Shown here: positions 29,791 to 39,648 of the stretch, piece by piece
Layout: each line of letters opens with the position of its first letter
Numbering within the stretch: the stretch's first letter is position 1
Origin: Coriobacteriia bacterium
GTDB lineage: Bacteria; Actinomycetota; Coriobacteriia; WRKU01; WQUG01
Assembly: GCA_009784345.1 (NCBI GenBank)
Contig: WRBW01000003.1
Location: 1 to 52,760, forward strand
Reading direction: 5' to 3'
Length of the DNA: 52,760 nt
The notes under the pieces: model-generated
The model's database searches: none
What the model saw: only the letters and a program-made list of their open reading frames with translations
Told to the model about the DNA's origin: nothing
Translations under genes and position numbers: made by a program

Positions 29791-30545
29791 GCAAGTTCAC
29801 CGCAGGTATCTTCTGCTATGTCTGGCAGCCCCTTAGTGTTGTCGTCGCCAGCACCACCATCTGGGCCACAAACGCGATTGCGCACCTCACTTGCCAGATT
29901 AACGATAGTGTCGATGACCTCTTCTTCAGTCATATGAGTCGTGTCGACTTCAACAGCACCTTCTGCCACCATCAAGGGTGCCACCTCGCGGTTCATGTCA
30001 TAGTGGTCACGATGCTTCAGTGACTGCAATATTGCCTCATAGTCGCAGGGAAGTCCGCGCGCTTCGTTTTGTTTACTGCGGCGACGGGCACGCTCCTCAA
30101 CATCTGCGGTCAAAAATATCTTTAAGGCAGCATTGGGAAAGACAACTGAACCTATGTCACGACCCTCGACAACATAGTTGCCTTGCGCTCCCAGCATACG
30201 CTGTTTTTGCAGCATGTCACCTCGCAGCTCGGGACAAGCAGAAACGGGGCTCACGGCACGATCTGCCTCTGGTGTCCTGATGAGGTCGGTCATTTCTTCA
30301 TCGCCAAAAAAGACGCGACTGGGCAGTACTTCACCCTCTTCGTAGGCAAAGCGAATACGTCTATCCTTGCTAAAAGCGCGCAGGGCGCTACCGTCAGATA
30401 AATCAATACCCCGCGCCAAAGCACCTACCGCTACGGCGCGATACATGGCACCCGTATCCAGATAGTGAAATCCCATTCGCAGGGCAACAGCCTTAGCAAC
30501 GCTCGATTTTCCCGAACCTGCAGGCCCATCAATAGCAATTATCAT
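29787..30545 (-). CDS. cmk: Cytidylate kinase
   Basis: IAIDGPAGSGKS, LDTGAMYRA, VEGRDIGSVVFP. Confidence 0.98.
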   Translation of the reverse strand: MIIAIDGPAGSGKSSVAKAVALRMGFHYLDTGAMYRAVAVGALARGIDLSDGSALRAFSKDRRIRFAYEEGEVLPSRVFFGDEEMTDLIRTPEADRAVSPVSACPELRGDMLQKQRMLGAQGNYVVEGRDIGSVVFPNAALKIFLTADVEERARRRSKQNEARGLPCDYEAILQSLKHRDHYDMNREVAPLMVAEGAVEVDTTHMTEEEVIDTIVNLASEVRNRVCGPDGGAGDDNTKGLPDIAEDTCGELA

Positions 30546-30576
30546 GCTTCTTTTCTCCTCAAAATATCAAGGACTA

Positions 30577-30585
30577 AGTATAACA
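30577..30585 (-). promoter_or_regulatory. Extended -10 promoter for the cmk operon
   Basis: TGTTATACT on the minus strand about 30 nt upstream of the cmk start; GAGGAG SD between them. Confidence 0.55.
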
Positions 30586-30625
30586 AACGAAGAAGCGGCC
30601 ACCTGTGCTGGTTAGCCGCTTCTTC
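30582..30625 (-). terminator. Intrinsic terminator-like hairpin
   Basis: Perfect 11-bp stem GAAGAAGCGGC/GCCGCTTCTTC followed by GTTTGTT on the minus strand. Confidence 0.65.
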
Positions 30626-30697
30626 CAAAGGATAAGACCGATGCGCAGGGGGTCTCAATGCAGCACCGATACTCAGTGCACAACATTGTGTCAGCTC
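30582..30697 (-). ncRNA. Candidate ~115-nt small RNA
   Basis: Bounded by TGcTATAAA (30704-30712) and the terminator. Internal hairpins GCACTGA/TCGGTGC and GAGACC/GGTCTT. No credible ORF. Confidence 0.35.
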
Positions 30698-30726
30698 GAT
30701 TACTTTATAGCAAGCAGAAATTGGCC

Positions 30727-30746
30727 AATTGACAGAATTGTCAATT
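30727..30746. promoter_or_regulatory. Palindromic operator
   Basis: Perfect inverted repeat AATTGACA-gaat-TGTCAATT between divergent extended -10 elements (30704-30712 minus; 30795-30803 plus). Confidence 0.55.
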
Positions 30747-30915
30747 ATTTCTTTGTCGTTCAGGGTTTCTCTTTCGTATTCGAAGTGGGGATTTTGATAG
30801 AATGGGTTTTCTCTGCTGCTGATAATTGGGGAAAGCAGCATCTCGCGACCGCCAAACGACGAGAGCGCACTACTCCAGACAGTGCTCTTGGTGCGACATT
30901 TGGGAAGGTCTAGCC

Positions 30916-31299
30916 ATGTTTTTTGAACAGCACAACCTCCACAACTGCCCGTGTTCGCTCATCGAGATCCTCAAGGATGGTCAAATTGCAGTTCACTTTG
31001 GCAGGGTTTTGAGGAAGGCTCGTCTGAAAGAGCACTTCCTCAGCTGCGATTCGCTGGCCACAGAGATGCGCTGTCGATGCGGCATTCAAATTACCGGCAG
31101 AACTATATACCGTTATGAAAAAGGTTTAACGCAACCCTCTGTCGAATTTTTGGTTGCGGCGTCCCTGGTGCTCAGCCCCCACCTCTTCACTAACCTGCTG
31201 ACAGAGATACTGTCCCCAGGACTTATTGGACGATTTGAGATGCGCCAGGCTGCTGCCCACTATGATGCCAGCAAGCAGCTCCCCCTCTTCAAATACTGA
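30916..31299 (+). CDS. XRE/Cro-family helix-turn-helix protein
   Basis: Start ATG 30916 (GGAAGG SD). FGRVLRKARL...SLATE...TIYRYEKGLTQPSVEFL matches the HTH_XRE pattern. Confidence 0.75.
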   Translation: MFFEQHNLHNCPCSLIEILKDGQIAVHFGRVLRKARLKEHFLSCDSLATEMRCRCGIQITGRTIYRYEKGLTQPSVEFLVAASLVLSPHLFTNLLTEILSPGLIGRFEMRQAAAHYDASKQLPLFKY

Positions 31300-31335
31300 A
31301 AGAGAATTGAAAAAATGTGCGCTGCGTAGTGCTTG

Positions 31336-31460
31336 AGAAGTGCTCTAGGCGTTCAAGATTAGTGCTAATTTAAAAATGAGGAAGCGCAGCGTAGCAAAAC
31401 CTACGTGAGCATTCCTCATTTTTTAAATTAGTGCTGAGATTGAGCGTCTAGTGCGCTTCT
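31336..31460 (+). repeat. Long imperfect palindrome, copy B (may also terminate the convergent XRE and rplQ transcripts)
   Basis: Arms CTAGGCGTTCAA/TTGAGCGTCTAG and TAGTGCTAATTTAAAAATGAGGAA/TTCCTCATTTTTTAAATTAGTGCTG; core AGCGCAGCGTAG-caaaac-CTACGTGAGC. Confidence 0.8.
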
Positions 31461-31809
31461 AGTCTACTAGCTCCATAATAACCATAGGAGTAGCATCACC
31501 CTTACGTGGTCCCAATTTTAGGATACGGGTGTAGCCACCGTTGCGGCCTTCAAAACGTTCGACCTCGTTAAAGATCTTTGAAACAACTTCTTTGTCGCCG
31601 ATGGCTGCAATAGCCAGACGACGGCTGTGCACGTCTCCGCGCTTTGCCCAGGTAATTACTTTATCAACGTTGGGGCGAATCTCCTTGGCACGAACCTCAG
31701 TGGTCTTGATGCGATCGTTGCGCAGCACAGCGGCAGTCAAAGACTTCTTTATCGCCTTAGTGTGCGCAGAATCGGTGCCCAGTTTGCGACCCTTTTTTTG
31801 GTGTCTCAT
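31459..31809 (-). CDS. rplQ: 50S ribosomal protein L17
   Basis: MRHQKKGRKLG, IKTTEVRAKE, RNGGYTRILK. Confidence 0.99.
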   Translation of the reverse strand: MRHQKKGRKLGTDSAHTKAIKKSLTAAVLRNDRIKTTEVRAKEIRPNVDKVITWAKRGDVHSRRLAIAAIGDKEVVSKIFNEVERFEGRNGGYTRILKLGPRKGDATPMVIMELVD

Positions 31810-31829
31810 GTGTGGACCTACTCCTCTAT

Positions 31830-32768
31830 CTAGTTCTTTAGGTTAAGACCCATGTCGATGAGCTTGTCCTTGACTTCTTCGATTGATTTAGCACCGAAGT
31901 TGCGGACGTTCATCAGGTCATTTTCTGTACATTCGGTCAGTTGACCAATGGTGTTTACACCCTGGCGCTTCAGGCAATTGTATGCACGAACTGACAGGTC
32001 GAGCTCCTCGATGGGGGTATCGAGGCCGCTGGTGTCACTGCGATCGATTTCAACAAAAATCGAACCCTCTTCAAGAGGCGTGATGGTCTGTTCGACAAAG
32101 AGCTGAGTGTGCTCATTGATGACGCGACCAGCGCGTGCGATAACATCATCAGGAACAACGCTCCCGTTCGTTTCGACCTCGAGAATCAGCTTTTCGTAGT
32201 CGGTACGCTGGCCAACACGCGTGTTTTCGACGGTGTAGGTGCAGCGCAGGACGGGCGAAAACAGCGAGTCTATAGGGATAACGCCAATGGCATCCCCGGC
32301 ACGCTTGTTGCGTTCTGCTGAAACGTAGCCACGACCTGTGTCGATGTTGATGTACATGGTCAGCGTGGCACCCTTGTTAAGGTTGGCGATTTCGCGCTCG
32401 GGGTTAACGAGCTCGAATTCGTTAGGCAGCTTGAGGTCTGCGCCTGTCACGACAGCAGGACCGGTTACGGTCAGTTCAGCTTCGGCATGACCCTCGCCAA
32501 TGCCCGTGTCGCGAAACACGAGGCCTTTGACGTTGAGGATGATGTCGGTTACGTCTTCGCGCATACCGTCCAGAGCAGTAAACTCATGCTGTGCACCGTC
32601 GATGCGGATGCTTGTTGCAGCTGCACCTTCCAAAGAGGAAAGCAGTACACGGCGCATGCAGTTGCCGAGAGTGTATCCAAAACCTCTGTCAAGCGGCTCT
32701 ACGATGTAGCGGCTTACGTTGTCTCCAACGTGCTCGACCGTAACTTCTGGTCTCATAAATCTCGTCAT
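31830..32768 (-). CDS. rpoA: RNA polymerase alpha subunit
   Basis: EPLDRGFGYTLGNCMRRVLLSS, VENTRVGQRTDY, LSVRAYNCLKR, NFGAKS. Confidence 0.99.
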   Translation of the reverse strand: MTRFMRPEVTVEHVGDNVSRYIVEPLDRGFGYTLGNCMRRVLLSSLEGAAATSIRIDGAQHEFTALDGMREDVTDIILNVKGLVFRDTGIGEGHAEAELTVTGPAVVTGADLKLPNEFELVNPEREIANLNKGATLTMYINIDTGRGYVSAERNKRAGDAIGVIPIDSLFSPVLRCTYTVENTRVGQRTDYEKLILEVETNGSVVPDDVIARAGRVINEHTQLFVEQTITPLEEGSIFVEIDRSDTSGLDTPIEELDLSVRAYNCLKRQGVNTIGQLTECTENDLMNVRNFGAKSIEEVKDKLIDMGLNLKN

Positions 32769-32791
32769 AGATACTATCCTTCCCTATCCTC

Positions 32792-33418
32792 TTATTTAGA
32801 GTAGAGCTCGACGATGAGGTTTTCTTTAACCGTCAGGTCGATCTGATCACGAGTTGGCAGTGAAATGACGCTACCCTGGAGCTTTTCGATGTCTACTTCG
32901 AGCCACCCAGGAACGGTGCTGCGCTCTGATGAGATAATGGCAGCCTTGATTACCAGCAGGTCCTTTGCCTTTGGTGCGATAGCCACCATGTCGCCAGGAC
33001 GTACGCGGTATGACGGAATGTCAACGCGCTTGCCGTTAACCTGAATATGTCCGTGACGTACGATCTGACGAGCCTCGCTGCGAGACTTTGCAAATCCGAG
33101 GCGGAACACTACGTTGTCGAGACGAGTCTCGAGCAGGCGCAAGAGGTTTTCACCCGTGATGCCCTGTTGACGGTTTGCCTCTTCGTAGTAGCTACGGAAC
33201 TGCTTTTCGAGCATGCCGTACATACGCTTGGTCTTTTGTTTTTCACGCAATTGAATACGATATTCGCTCTCGCGTGGACGCTTCTTACCAGCCTGACCAG
33301 GCGGATAAGGGCGCTTTTCCATTGCACATTTATCAGAATAGCAGCGGTCGCCTTTCAAGAAGAGCTTCTCTCCTTCACGGCGGCACAGTCTGCAAACTGG
33401 TCCAGTATATCTAGCCAT
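32792..33418 (-). CDS. rpsD: 30S ribosomal protein S4 (Zn-binding Cys form)
   Basis: [39 protein letters not shown]. Confidence 0.99.
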   Translation of the reverse strand: MARYTGPVCRLCRREGEKLFLKGDRCYSDKCAMEKRPYPPGQAGKKRPRESEYRIQLREKQKTKRMYGMLEKQFRSYYEEANRQQGITGENLLRLLETRLDNVVFRLGFAKSRSEARQIVRHGHIQVNGKRVDIPSYRVRPGDMVAIAPKAKDLLVIKAAIISSERSTVPGWLEVDIEKLQGSVISLPTRDQIDLTVKENLIVELYSK

Positions 33419-33440
33419 TGTAGATTTCTCCTCTTATTAA

Positions 33441-33836
33441 TTAGACGCGACGACGCTTGCGGGGACGACAGCCATTGTGTGGAATGGGTGTAACATCCTG
33501 AATGCTGGCAATTTCAAGTCCAGCTGCCTGCAGTGAACGAATCGCAGTTTCGCGTCCGCTACCGGGGCCCTTTGCAAACACTGCCACTTTACGCATGCCA
33601 TGCTCCTGGGCGGTCTTTGCAACAGCTTCAGCTGCCAGTTGTGCAGCAAAAGGTGTTGACTTGCGGCTACCCTTGAAGCCTGACGTGCCTGCTGACTGCC
33701 AACAAATGACGTTGCCTGCAGGGTCGGTGATAGTAATGATGGTGTTGTTAAACGTAGACTTTACGTGAGCCTGACCAATCGCAATATTTTTGCGTTCACT
33801 ACGCTTGATGCGGCTGCGTACATTCTTTTTAGCCAT
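33441..33836 (-). CDS. rpsK: 30S ribosomal protein S11
   Basis: [33 protein letters not shown]. Confidence 0.99.
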   Translation of the reverse strand: MAKKNVRSRIKRSERKNIAIGQAHVKSTFNNTIITITDPAGNVICWQSAGTSGFKGSRKSTPFAAQLAAEAVAKTAQEHGMRKVAVFAKGPGSGRETAIRSLQAAGLEIASIQDVTPIPHNGCRPRKRRRV

Positions 33837-33844
33837 GATTTAGC

Positions 33845-34216
33845 CTATCCCTTCTTCTTCGCGCCGATTTGACGACGTGGACCCTTGCGGGTACGCGCAT
33901 TAGTGCTGGTGCGCTGTCCACGAACGGGAAGACCACGGCGATGACGAAGTCCACGGTAACAACCGATCTCCATCAGCCTTTTGATGTTTTGTGATGTTTC
34001 GCGACGCAGGTCACCTTCTACTTTAAGGTTTGCGTCAATGTATTCACGCAGTTGCGTGATTTGAGCATCAGACAAATCGCCCACACGGATATCTGGATCA
34101 ATTCCAGTACCAGCAATAATTTGCTTTGATGTGGTCAGTCCAATGCCATAGATGTAAGTTAGACCAGTTTCTACACGCTTGTCGCGTGGAAGGTCTACAC
34201 CGAGTATACGAGCCAC
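33845..34216 (-). CDS. rpsM: 30S ribosomal protein S13
   Basis: [35 protein letters not shown]. Confidence 0.99.
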   Translation of the reverse strand: MARILGVDLPRDKRVETGLTYIYGIGLTTSKQIIAGTGIDPDIRVGDLSDAQITQLREYIDANLKVEGDLRRETSQNIKRLMEIGCYRGLRHRRGLPVRGQRTSTNARTRKGPRRQIGAKKKG

Positions 34217-34236
34217 TCTCGTCCTCCTGCTTTCTC

Positions 34237-34350
34237 TTAGCCTTGGCGTTGTTTGTGGCGTGGGTTGTCACAAATGACCAACACACGACCATGACGTCGG
34301 ATAATTTTGCACTTATCGCACATTTTCTTTACTGAAGGCCGTACTTTCAC
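34237..34350 (-). CDS. rpmJ: 50S ribosomal protein L36
   Basis: Below the ORF-track size cutoff. Manual translation from GTG: [37 protein letters not shown]. Confidence 0.98.
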   Translation of the reverse strand: MKVRPSVKKMCDKCKIIRRHGRVLVICDNPRHKQRQG

Positions 34351-34422
34351 GACGCTCCCGCCTTTCAATCAGATGTAAATTAAAAATTTATTATTAACGT
34401 CCAGCCGCAGACGGTAATCTTC

Positions 34423-34644
34423 TTACTTATAACGGTAGGTGATGCGTCCACGTGACAGATCATAAGGGCTAACCTCTACGGTTACTTTGTCTCCGGGTAG
34501 TATGCGGATGTAATGCATGCGCATCTTGCCAGAAATGTGAGCTAGTACCTTATGTCCGTTTTCGAGTTCCACCTTGAACATAGCATTAGGGAGCGGCTCT
34601 AGTACCGTTCCTTCAAGCTCGATGGCGCCCTCTTTTTTCGTCAC
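34423..34644 (-). CDS. infA: Translation initiation factor IF-1
   Basis: Start GTG 34644: [42 protein letters not shown]...[13 protein letters not shown]. Confidence 0.99.
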   Translation of the reverse strand: MTKKEGAIELEGTVLEPLPNAMFKVELENGHKVLAHISGKMRMHYIRILPGDKVTVEVSPYDLSRGRITYRYK

Positions 34645-34705
34645 GTGATAATCCTTGTCTCTAAAACACACAAATATATATACTGTTTGAAAACAGCAAC
34701 TAGTA

Positions 34706-34734
34706 AGTGTAGCAAAAATTGAACGGCCATTCAA
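34706..34734 (-). promoter_or_regulatory. Promoter of the infA-rplQ cluster
   Basis: TTGAAT-17 nt-TACACT with an extended TG on the minus strand. Confidence 0.75.
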
Positions 34735-34759
34735 GATGTAATTTTTATGGATTTTCGTC

Positions 34760-35575
34760 CTATTTCAGGATGAGCCCGACGGGACAGTGGTCGCTCCCGA
34801 AGACTTCTGCGTAGATAGGCGTGTCCTCCACATGAGGCATCAGTGAAGGTGAGCATAGAAAGTAATCAATACGCCAACCTACGTTGTTTGCGCGCGCATT
34901 GGCGCGGTAGGACCACCAGGTATAGAGACCTGGCACATCGGGATTGCGCTCACGCAGCGGATCGGCAAACCCTGTATCAAGGAGCTGAGTCAGCTTGGCG
35001 CGCTCTTCATCTGAAAAACCTGGCTTTCCTCTGTTGGGCTTGGGTCGTGCGAGGTCTATTTCCTCGTGCGCGCAATTCAGGTCTCCCCCAATGATGACGG
35101 GCTTGCTAACTGCAAGTCCTGAAACGAAGCGGCGAAAAGCATCCTCCCAGCGCATCCGAAAGTCAAGCCTGGCGAGCTCTGGTTGAGCATTGGGGGTATA
35201 GACATTGACCACCCAAAAATCTTTGAATTCACAGGCGGTGACCCTGCCCTCGCGGTCAAGGTCGGAGAGATGGACGTACTCCTCCGCCTTGTCATCAATC
35301 ATGGGGTTGTCGCCCGCAAGCTGGGGCGAGTCGACGTAGCGCAAGACGCGCAGAGGCTTTTCTTTCGAAAAGATAGCTGTTCCCGAGTAGCCCTTCTTGA
35401 GGGCGTAAGACCAGCTTTGGTAGTAGCCGGGAAGCTCGAGTTCGACCTGCCCTTCCTGCAGCTTGATTTCTTGCAGCATGAAGAGGTCGGCATCGAGTGC
35501 CTCGAATTGCTCCATGAAGCCTTTGTTGAGGCTCGCGCGTAGACCATTAACGTTCCATGAGATGAGTTTTTTCAT
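34760..35575 (-). CDS. xth: Exodeoxyribonuclease III / AP endonuclease
   Basis: [54 protein letters not shown]. Confidence 0.96.
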   Translation of the reverse strand: MKKLISWNVNGLRASLNKGFMEQFEALDADLFMLQEIKLQEGQVELELPGYYQSWSYALKKGYSGTAIFSKEKPLRVLRYVDSPQLAGDNPMIDDKAEEYVHLSDLDREGRVTACEFKDFWVVNVYTPNAQPELARLDFRMRWEDAFRRFVSGLAVSKPVIIGGDLNCAHEEIDLARPKPNRGKPGFSDEERAKLTQLLDTGFADPLRERNPDVPGLYTWWSYRANARANNVGWRIDYFLCSPSLMPHVEDTPIYAEVFGSDHCPVGLILK

Positions 35576-35585
35576 GAGACTTATT

Positions 35586-35625
35586 GTAGCGAATCGTAGC
35601 GAATGGTAGCGAATGGTAACGAATT
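35586..35625. repeat. Four-copy 10-bp tandem repeat over the xth promoter
   Basis: GTAGCGAATC GTAGCGAATG GTAGCGAATG GTAACGAATT; the first unit overlaps a minus-strand TACAAT (35583-35588). Confidence 0.85.
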
Positions 35626-35634
35626 GAAGTGAGG

Positions 35635-37713
35635 TTAGTTTACAACAACCTTGATGACCTTTGTGGCTTTTCCGGTGCCAAAGGTGAAGTAAGTCGTACC
35701 TTTTTTGAGGGCCTGTATGGTGACTTTTCTGCCCGATGCCTTTACCTTCTGGCTACCGTGAAGGGCATTAGACACCCATGAACCTTTACCCTTTTTCTTT
35801 GCAGCTTTGCCGAAGCTGCTGATGGTGGCAACAGCAGGCTTAGAGCTTTTCCAGGAAATGGTGAACTTCTTATTGTTGCAATAATAAGGTGCTACGCGTA
35901 CCACGACTGACTTGCCGCGCTTCATTTTTATCGTAGTAGCCGTCGCCTGCATGGTCACCGGATAGGTTGTTGAGGCGACGCTAGCCGAGTAAGGGCCGTA
36001 ACCCTGGGCATTTACCGTACAAACACGGAAGTAATAGGTAGTATTGTCGGCAAGCCCCGTTACCGTGTAGGCGTAACTAGCTGCAGAGGTGGGTATGGTG
36101 ATGCTTGCCCAGTTGCTGGAACTGCTGGGACGATACTGCAGGATATAGGCTTTGGCGGGGGAAGGATTGCTCGTGTCTTTGCTCCAGTAGACGCTGACGC
36201 TTTTGGGGCCGCGCTGGACGCTCGAAATGCGAGGCTGATAGGGCAAACCCTGTGCTAACTCAAAGGCCGCAAAGGCATTAAGGGCTCCTGCCCCGGTGTA
36301 GATATTGCCTTTTGCACCAATAGGCGTTGCCGTGCTGAGCAACAGGTTCTTTACCTGAGCCGCTGTCAAATTGGGATTGGCGCGCCAGACAAGTGCTGCT
36401 GCTGCGCACACAAAGGGTGCAGAGAATGAAGTACCTGATGCATAGTCGTAGGTATTGTTTTTGTCGAGCACCGTGATGCCGTCTCCTGGTGCTGCAATAT
36501 TTACCCCACTGTTGAAGGTGGAAAAGCTTGAGCGCTGCCCGTTTGCGCTGATAGACGCAACAGAAAGGACTGGTCCGTAGGCGGCGGGATAAAGGACGGG
36601 ATTACCGGCGAGTGCGTTGTTGCCAGCGCTTGCGACAACAAGGATGCCCGCAGCAACTGCCGCATCAATTGACTGTTGCAGATAGGCGGGGAACTCTGTT
36701 CCGCCGAGGGATAGATTGATGATACGCGCATTCTTTTTTGCAACGACATCGTTGATGGCACTGGTGACTGAAGACAGGTAAAGCACATTGTTTGCATCGG
36801 CAACTTTGTAGACAATGACGGTATTGTCCCAAGCTGCACCGGCTACACCGATGCCATTATTAGTGGCAGCACCAATAAGGCCCGCTGTTCCGGTGCCATG
36901 AGCGGCAAGGGGTAGCGTAGATTGTGGGGTAACGTCTGTTCTGTTTGAGCCAAAGTCATAGCCTGCAACAATGTTTGGGCCGCGATCGGCAATATTCATG
37001 TAGAAGCCTGTGTCGATAACCGCAATGGGAATGCTTGCTCCCGTTCCCCTTGTGCTACCCAGGCGTCCCCAAACAGCAGAGAAATTGCCGCCAGGAAAGG
37101 CATTAAGCCCCCAGGTTCCAATATTTGCAACCCTGGTGTTGTAGTAGGGATCGTTGGGATTTGAAGTATAGGCTGCGCAGGTCTCGACAATGACGTCGTA
37201 GTCGACACTTTCATAAAGACCGGTGGAAATCATTTCTGCCATGAGTTCTTGCGAGGTATCGCTGTCACTCTCAATGATTACGAGCGTCTCTGGATCTGAC
37301 GGTTCAGGGTTTTCAAGGATCTCTGTCGCCTCATCGACCTCGAGCTCGCTTGCAAGCTCTTGCACGGATGCCTCGATTTGCGCGGGGGTCGTCTCTTCTT
37401 TTGGCCACGCAACGATGCGCTGGGCATCTACGTTTTCAGCATCGGGACAGAGCGTCTCTGTTTCGTCAAGAACAGCTTCGTTGCTGTTTACGAGAGGTAT
37501 TGCCTCTTCGTCGCCTGCAACGATGCTGTCTGGCACGTTTGCCCGGCCAGTGCTGTCGATAATGGTATCAAGGGTACCGGTGGCCTCAAAAGACTGATTG
37601 TTTGCCGCAAAGGCCGTTGCAGGAAAGACGCTCAGAGTCGAGCTGGCAAGCAGCATCGCAGCAAGAAAAAGGGCAATCGCACGCCTTATGAAATTGTTTG
37701 ATGCGTGACCCAT
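35635..37713 (-). CDS. Secreted S8 (subtilisin-family) serine protease with FN3 and Ig-like C-terminal domains
   Basis: Start probably ATG 37713 (AAGGAAG SD). Signal peptide ending AFA and an acidic propeptide. Catalytic IAVIDTG, HGTGTAG, ASAGN, GTSFSAP. FN3 W...YTVTGL...YYFRV; Lys-rich Big-2-like tail (WKSSKPAVATI). Confidence 0.93.
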   Translation of the reverse strand: MGHASNNFIRRAIALFLAAMLLASSTLSVFPATAFAANNQSFEATGTLDTIIDSTGRANVPDSIVAGDEEAIPLVNSNEAVLDETETLCPDAENVDAQRIVAWPKEETTPAQIEASVQELASELEVDEATEILENPEPSDPETLVIIESDSDTSQELMAEMISTGLYESVDYDVIVETCAAYTSNPNDPYYNTRVANIGTWGLNAFPGGNFSAVWGRLGSTRGTGASIPIAVIDTGFYMNIADRGPNIVAGYDFGSNRTDVTPQSTLPLAAHGTGTAGLIGAATNNGIGVAGAAWDNTVIVYKVADANNVLYLSSVTSAINDVVAKKNARIINLSLGGTEFPAYLQQSIDAAVAAGILVVASAGNNALAGNPVLYPAAYGPVLSVASISANGQRSSFSTFNSGVNIAAPGDGITVLDKNNTYDYASGTSFSAPFVCAAAALVWRANPNLTAAQVKNLLLSTATPIGAKGNIYTGAGALNAFAAFELAQGLPYQPRISSVQRGPKSVSVYWSKDTSNPSPAKAYILQYRPSSSSNWASITIPTSAASYAYTVTGLADNTTYYFRVCTVNAQGYGPYSASVASTTYPVTMQATATTIKMKRGKSVVVRVAPYYCNNKKFTISWKSSKPAVATISSFGKAAKKKGKGSWVSNALHGSQKVKASGRKVTIQALKKGTTYFTFGTGKATKVIKVVVN

Positions 37714-37783
37714 ATTAGGCTTCCTTCGGCTTGTGACCCCACCCATGCCTCAGTCGCACGAACCCTCCGTCTGACTTCAACTA

Positions 37784-37792
37784 ATTATAACA
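37784..37792 (-). promoter_or_regulatory. Extended -10 promoter for the S8 protease gene
   Basis: TGTTATAAT on the minus strand within an AT-rich intergenic region. Confidence 0.6.
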
Positions 37793-37947
37793 GGAACACG
37801 ACAATATGAACACATTTGCTGCACAATTACCTTATATTTATTCTTTGCATAATTTAAGGCGATACCGTGCAAATATACAGTACCGATAGGAAGTGCTGCG
37901 AAATATTCTTTTATAACTTTTGATTTGCGAACGAAGCGTGAAGAGGA

Positions 37948-38718
37948 CTATTCCTGAGTCAGGATAAGAGGGCCGTCCTCGGTGACAGCGACGGTATGTT
38001 CAATCTGAGCTGCTCGTGATCCGTCAGTGGTAACAACCGTCCAACCGTCGTTGCGCGTCACCACATCATCAGTTCCTAGGGTGAACATGGGCTCGAGGGC
38101 AAGCACCATGCCGACCTGCAGAACCGGGCCTTTGCCAGCTTTGCCCTCGTTAGGGATGTTGGGGTCTTCATGCATGGCTCGACCCACGCCGTGGCCAACA
38201 TATTTTTGGATGATCCCCATGCCGGCAGCGCGACCAACGCTACCAATAGCGTGACTGACGTCACCAAGCCTCTTGCCTGGGACGCATTGTTCAATACCCG
38301 CATAGAGTGCTTTGCGCGTCACATCAATGAGTTCTTGCGAGCGCTGGTCAGTCTCCCCCACGGGAACGGTGTCAGCATTGTCGCCAATCCAGCCCTTGAA
38401 GGTTGCCCCCACATCAATAGTGAAAATGTCGCCCCGGCAAAGCTTTACCTTCTTGCTGGGAATGCCATGGACCACTTCGCTATTGATACTTGCGCAGATT
38501 GAAGCAGGAAAGCCGCTGTAGCCCAGAAAGGTTGGTGTCGCCCCTGCTTCGCGGATGACCGCTTCGGCAATGTCATCGAGCTCGAGCGTGCTGATGCCCG
38601 GCTCGACCGCTTCGCGCGTACAGCGCAAGGCTCGTGCAGCGATGGCACCTGCAAGGCGCATCTGCTCGATTTCTTTTGGCGACTTGATGACTATGTTTTG
38701 TCTCATAAAGCGCGACAT
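37948..38718 (-). CDS. map: Type I methionine aminopeptidase
   Basis: SINSEVVHGIP, IDVG...GDNA, GHGVG...HEDP, LEPM, QIEHTV. Confidence 0.98.
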   Translation of the reverse strand: MSRFMRQNIVIKSPKEIEQMRLAGAIAARALRCTREAVEPGISTLELDDIAEAVIREAGATPTFLGYSGFPASICASINSEVVHGIPSKKVKLCRGDIFTIDVGATFKGWIGDNADTVPVGETDQRSQELIDVTRKALYAGIEQCVPGKRLGDVSHAIGSVGRAAGMGIIQKYVGHGVGRAMHEDPNIPNEGKAGKGPVLQVGMVLALEPMFTLGTDDVVTRNDGWTVVTTDGSRAAQIEHTVAVTEDGPLILTQE

Positions 38719-38757
38719 GGGCGGTAGGTCTTCAGTGAGCGTTCAGCTAGTCTTCAG

Positions 38758-39390
38758 TTAATCTTCGGTGACGATTTTTTGAACGTCAGCCCAGACTTCA
38801 TCAATACTGCGATCACCATCGATGGGATGGAGGATTCCCTTGCCGCGATAATAGTCAATAAGGGGCGCGGTGTTTTGTTCGTAAACCTCAAGGCGTTTGC
38901 GCACGACATCTTCTTTGTCGTCAGCACGCGTTTCAAGTTTGCACCCACACATAAGGCAGGTATCGCCCTCTGAAGCCGTGGTGATTCTGCCACAGGTGGG
39001 ACAGAACCGGCGCGTGCATACGCGCTGAACAATGACTTCTGGGTCGACGTCGATGGCTATCGCTACGTCAATTGAGCGTGCGAGCTCTGCTAATTGCTCA
39101 TCAAGAGCAATGGCCTGAGAGGTCGTGCGAGGGAAACCATCCAGGATAAAACCTTTGTTGGTGTCTTCGTCACCCATTCTGTCTTTGATAAGACCAATGA
39201 CGACTTCATCGGGAACGAGGTTTCCTGCATCCATGAAGCTCTTTGCCTCGAGGCCCAGAGGTGTGCCCGCACTGACCGCAGCACGTAGCATGTCTCCTGT
39301 CGAGATATGAGCAATATTAAAGAATTCCACCAGCTTTGCAGCCTGAGTACCTTTTCCTGAGCCTGGTGCACCGAGCAAAATTATATTCAT
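38758..39390 (-). CDS. adk: Adenylate kinase (Zn-lid, C-x2-C-x11-C-x2-C)
   Basis: Start ATG 39390. GAPGSGKGTQ, HISTGDMLR, LDGFPRT, lid CPTC...CLMC, RADD. Confidence 0.98.
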   Translation of the reverse strand: MNIILLGAPGSGKGTQAAKLVEFFNIAHISTGDMLRAAVSAGTPLGLEAKSFMDAGNLVPDEVVIGLIKDRMGDEDTNKGFILDGFPRTTSQAIALDEQLAELARSIDVAIAIDVDPEVIVQRVCTRRFCPTCGRITTASEGDTCLMCGCKLETRADDKEDVVRKRLEVYEQNTAPLIDYYRGKGILHPIDGDRSIDEVWADVQKIVTED

Positions 39391-39490
39391 GTATATACCT
39401 TTCATCAAATAAAACCACGCTCATAATAGCACATAGGCAGGTGGCAGGATAGCGGCTTTTACCGTGCTTTTTTCTGCTTGAATACCAGAC

Positions 39491-39567
39491 TCTTTCATCT
39501 TTCTTTAAGGTTTTTTTCATCTTTCTTTCATCTTTTTTTAAGCTTTCTTTCATCCTAGATTAATCCT
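39491..39567 (+). repeat. Seven-unit 11-bp tandem direct-repeat array (putative response-regulator sites)
   Basis: TCTTTCATCTT TCTTTAAGGTT TTTTTCATCTT TCTTTCATCTT TTTTTAAGCTT TCTTTCATCCT AGATTAATCCT, followed by TATGAT at 39586-39591. Confidence 0.85.
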
Positions 39568-39648
39568 AGGTAAAAGTCCTTCCCTTATGATTCCTTTCAC
39601 ATGCCCGACAGAACCTGCGCCCAGAATGCACAGCAGAAAGGAACAGTC

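Noticed and set aside
30542-30841. 99-aa minus-strand ORF upstream of cmk
   Set aside because: Runs through promoters, the operator and a terminator; no RBS or protein-like features.
39317-39553. 78-aa minus-strand ORF with KKDER repeats
   Set aside because: A translation of the 11-bp DNA array; it overlaps adk out of frame, and the 11-bp period is not codon-compatible.
39491-39567. Possible CRISPR array or replication iterons
   Set aside because: Units are 11 bp and contiguous, with no spacers; no cas or rep gene nearby.
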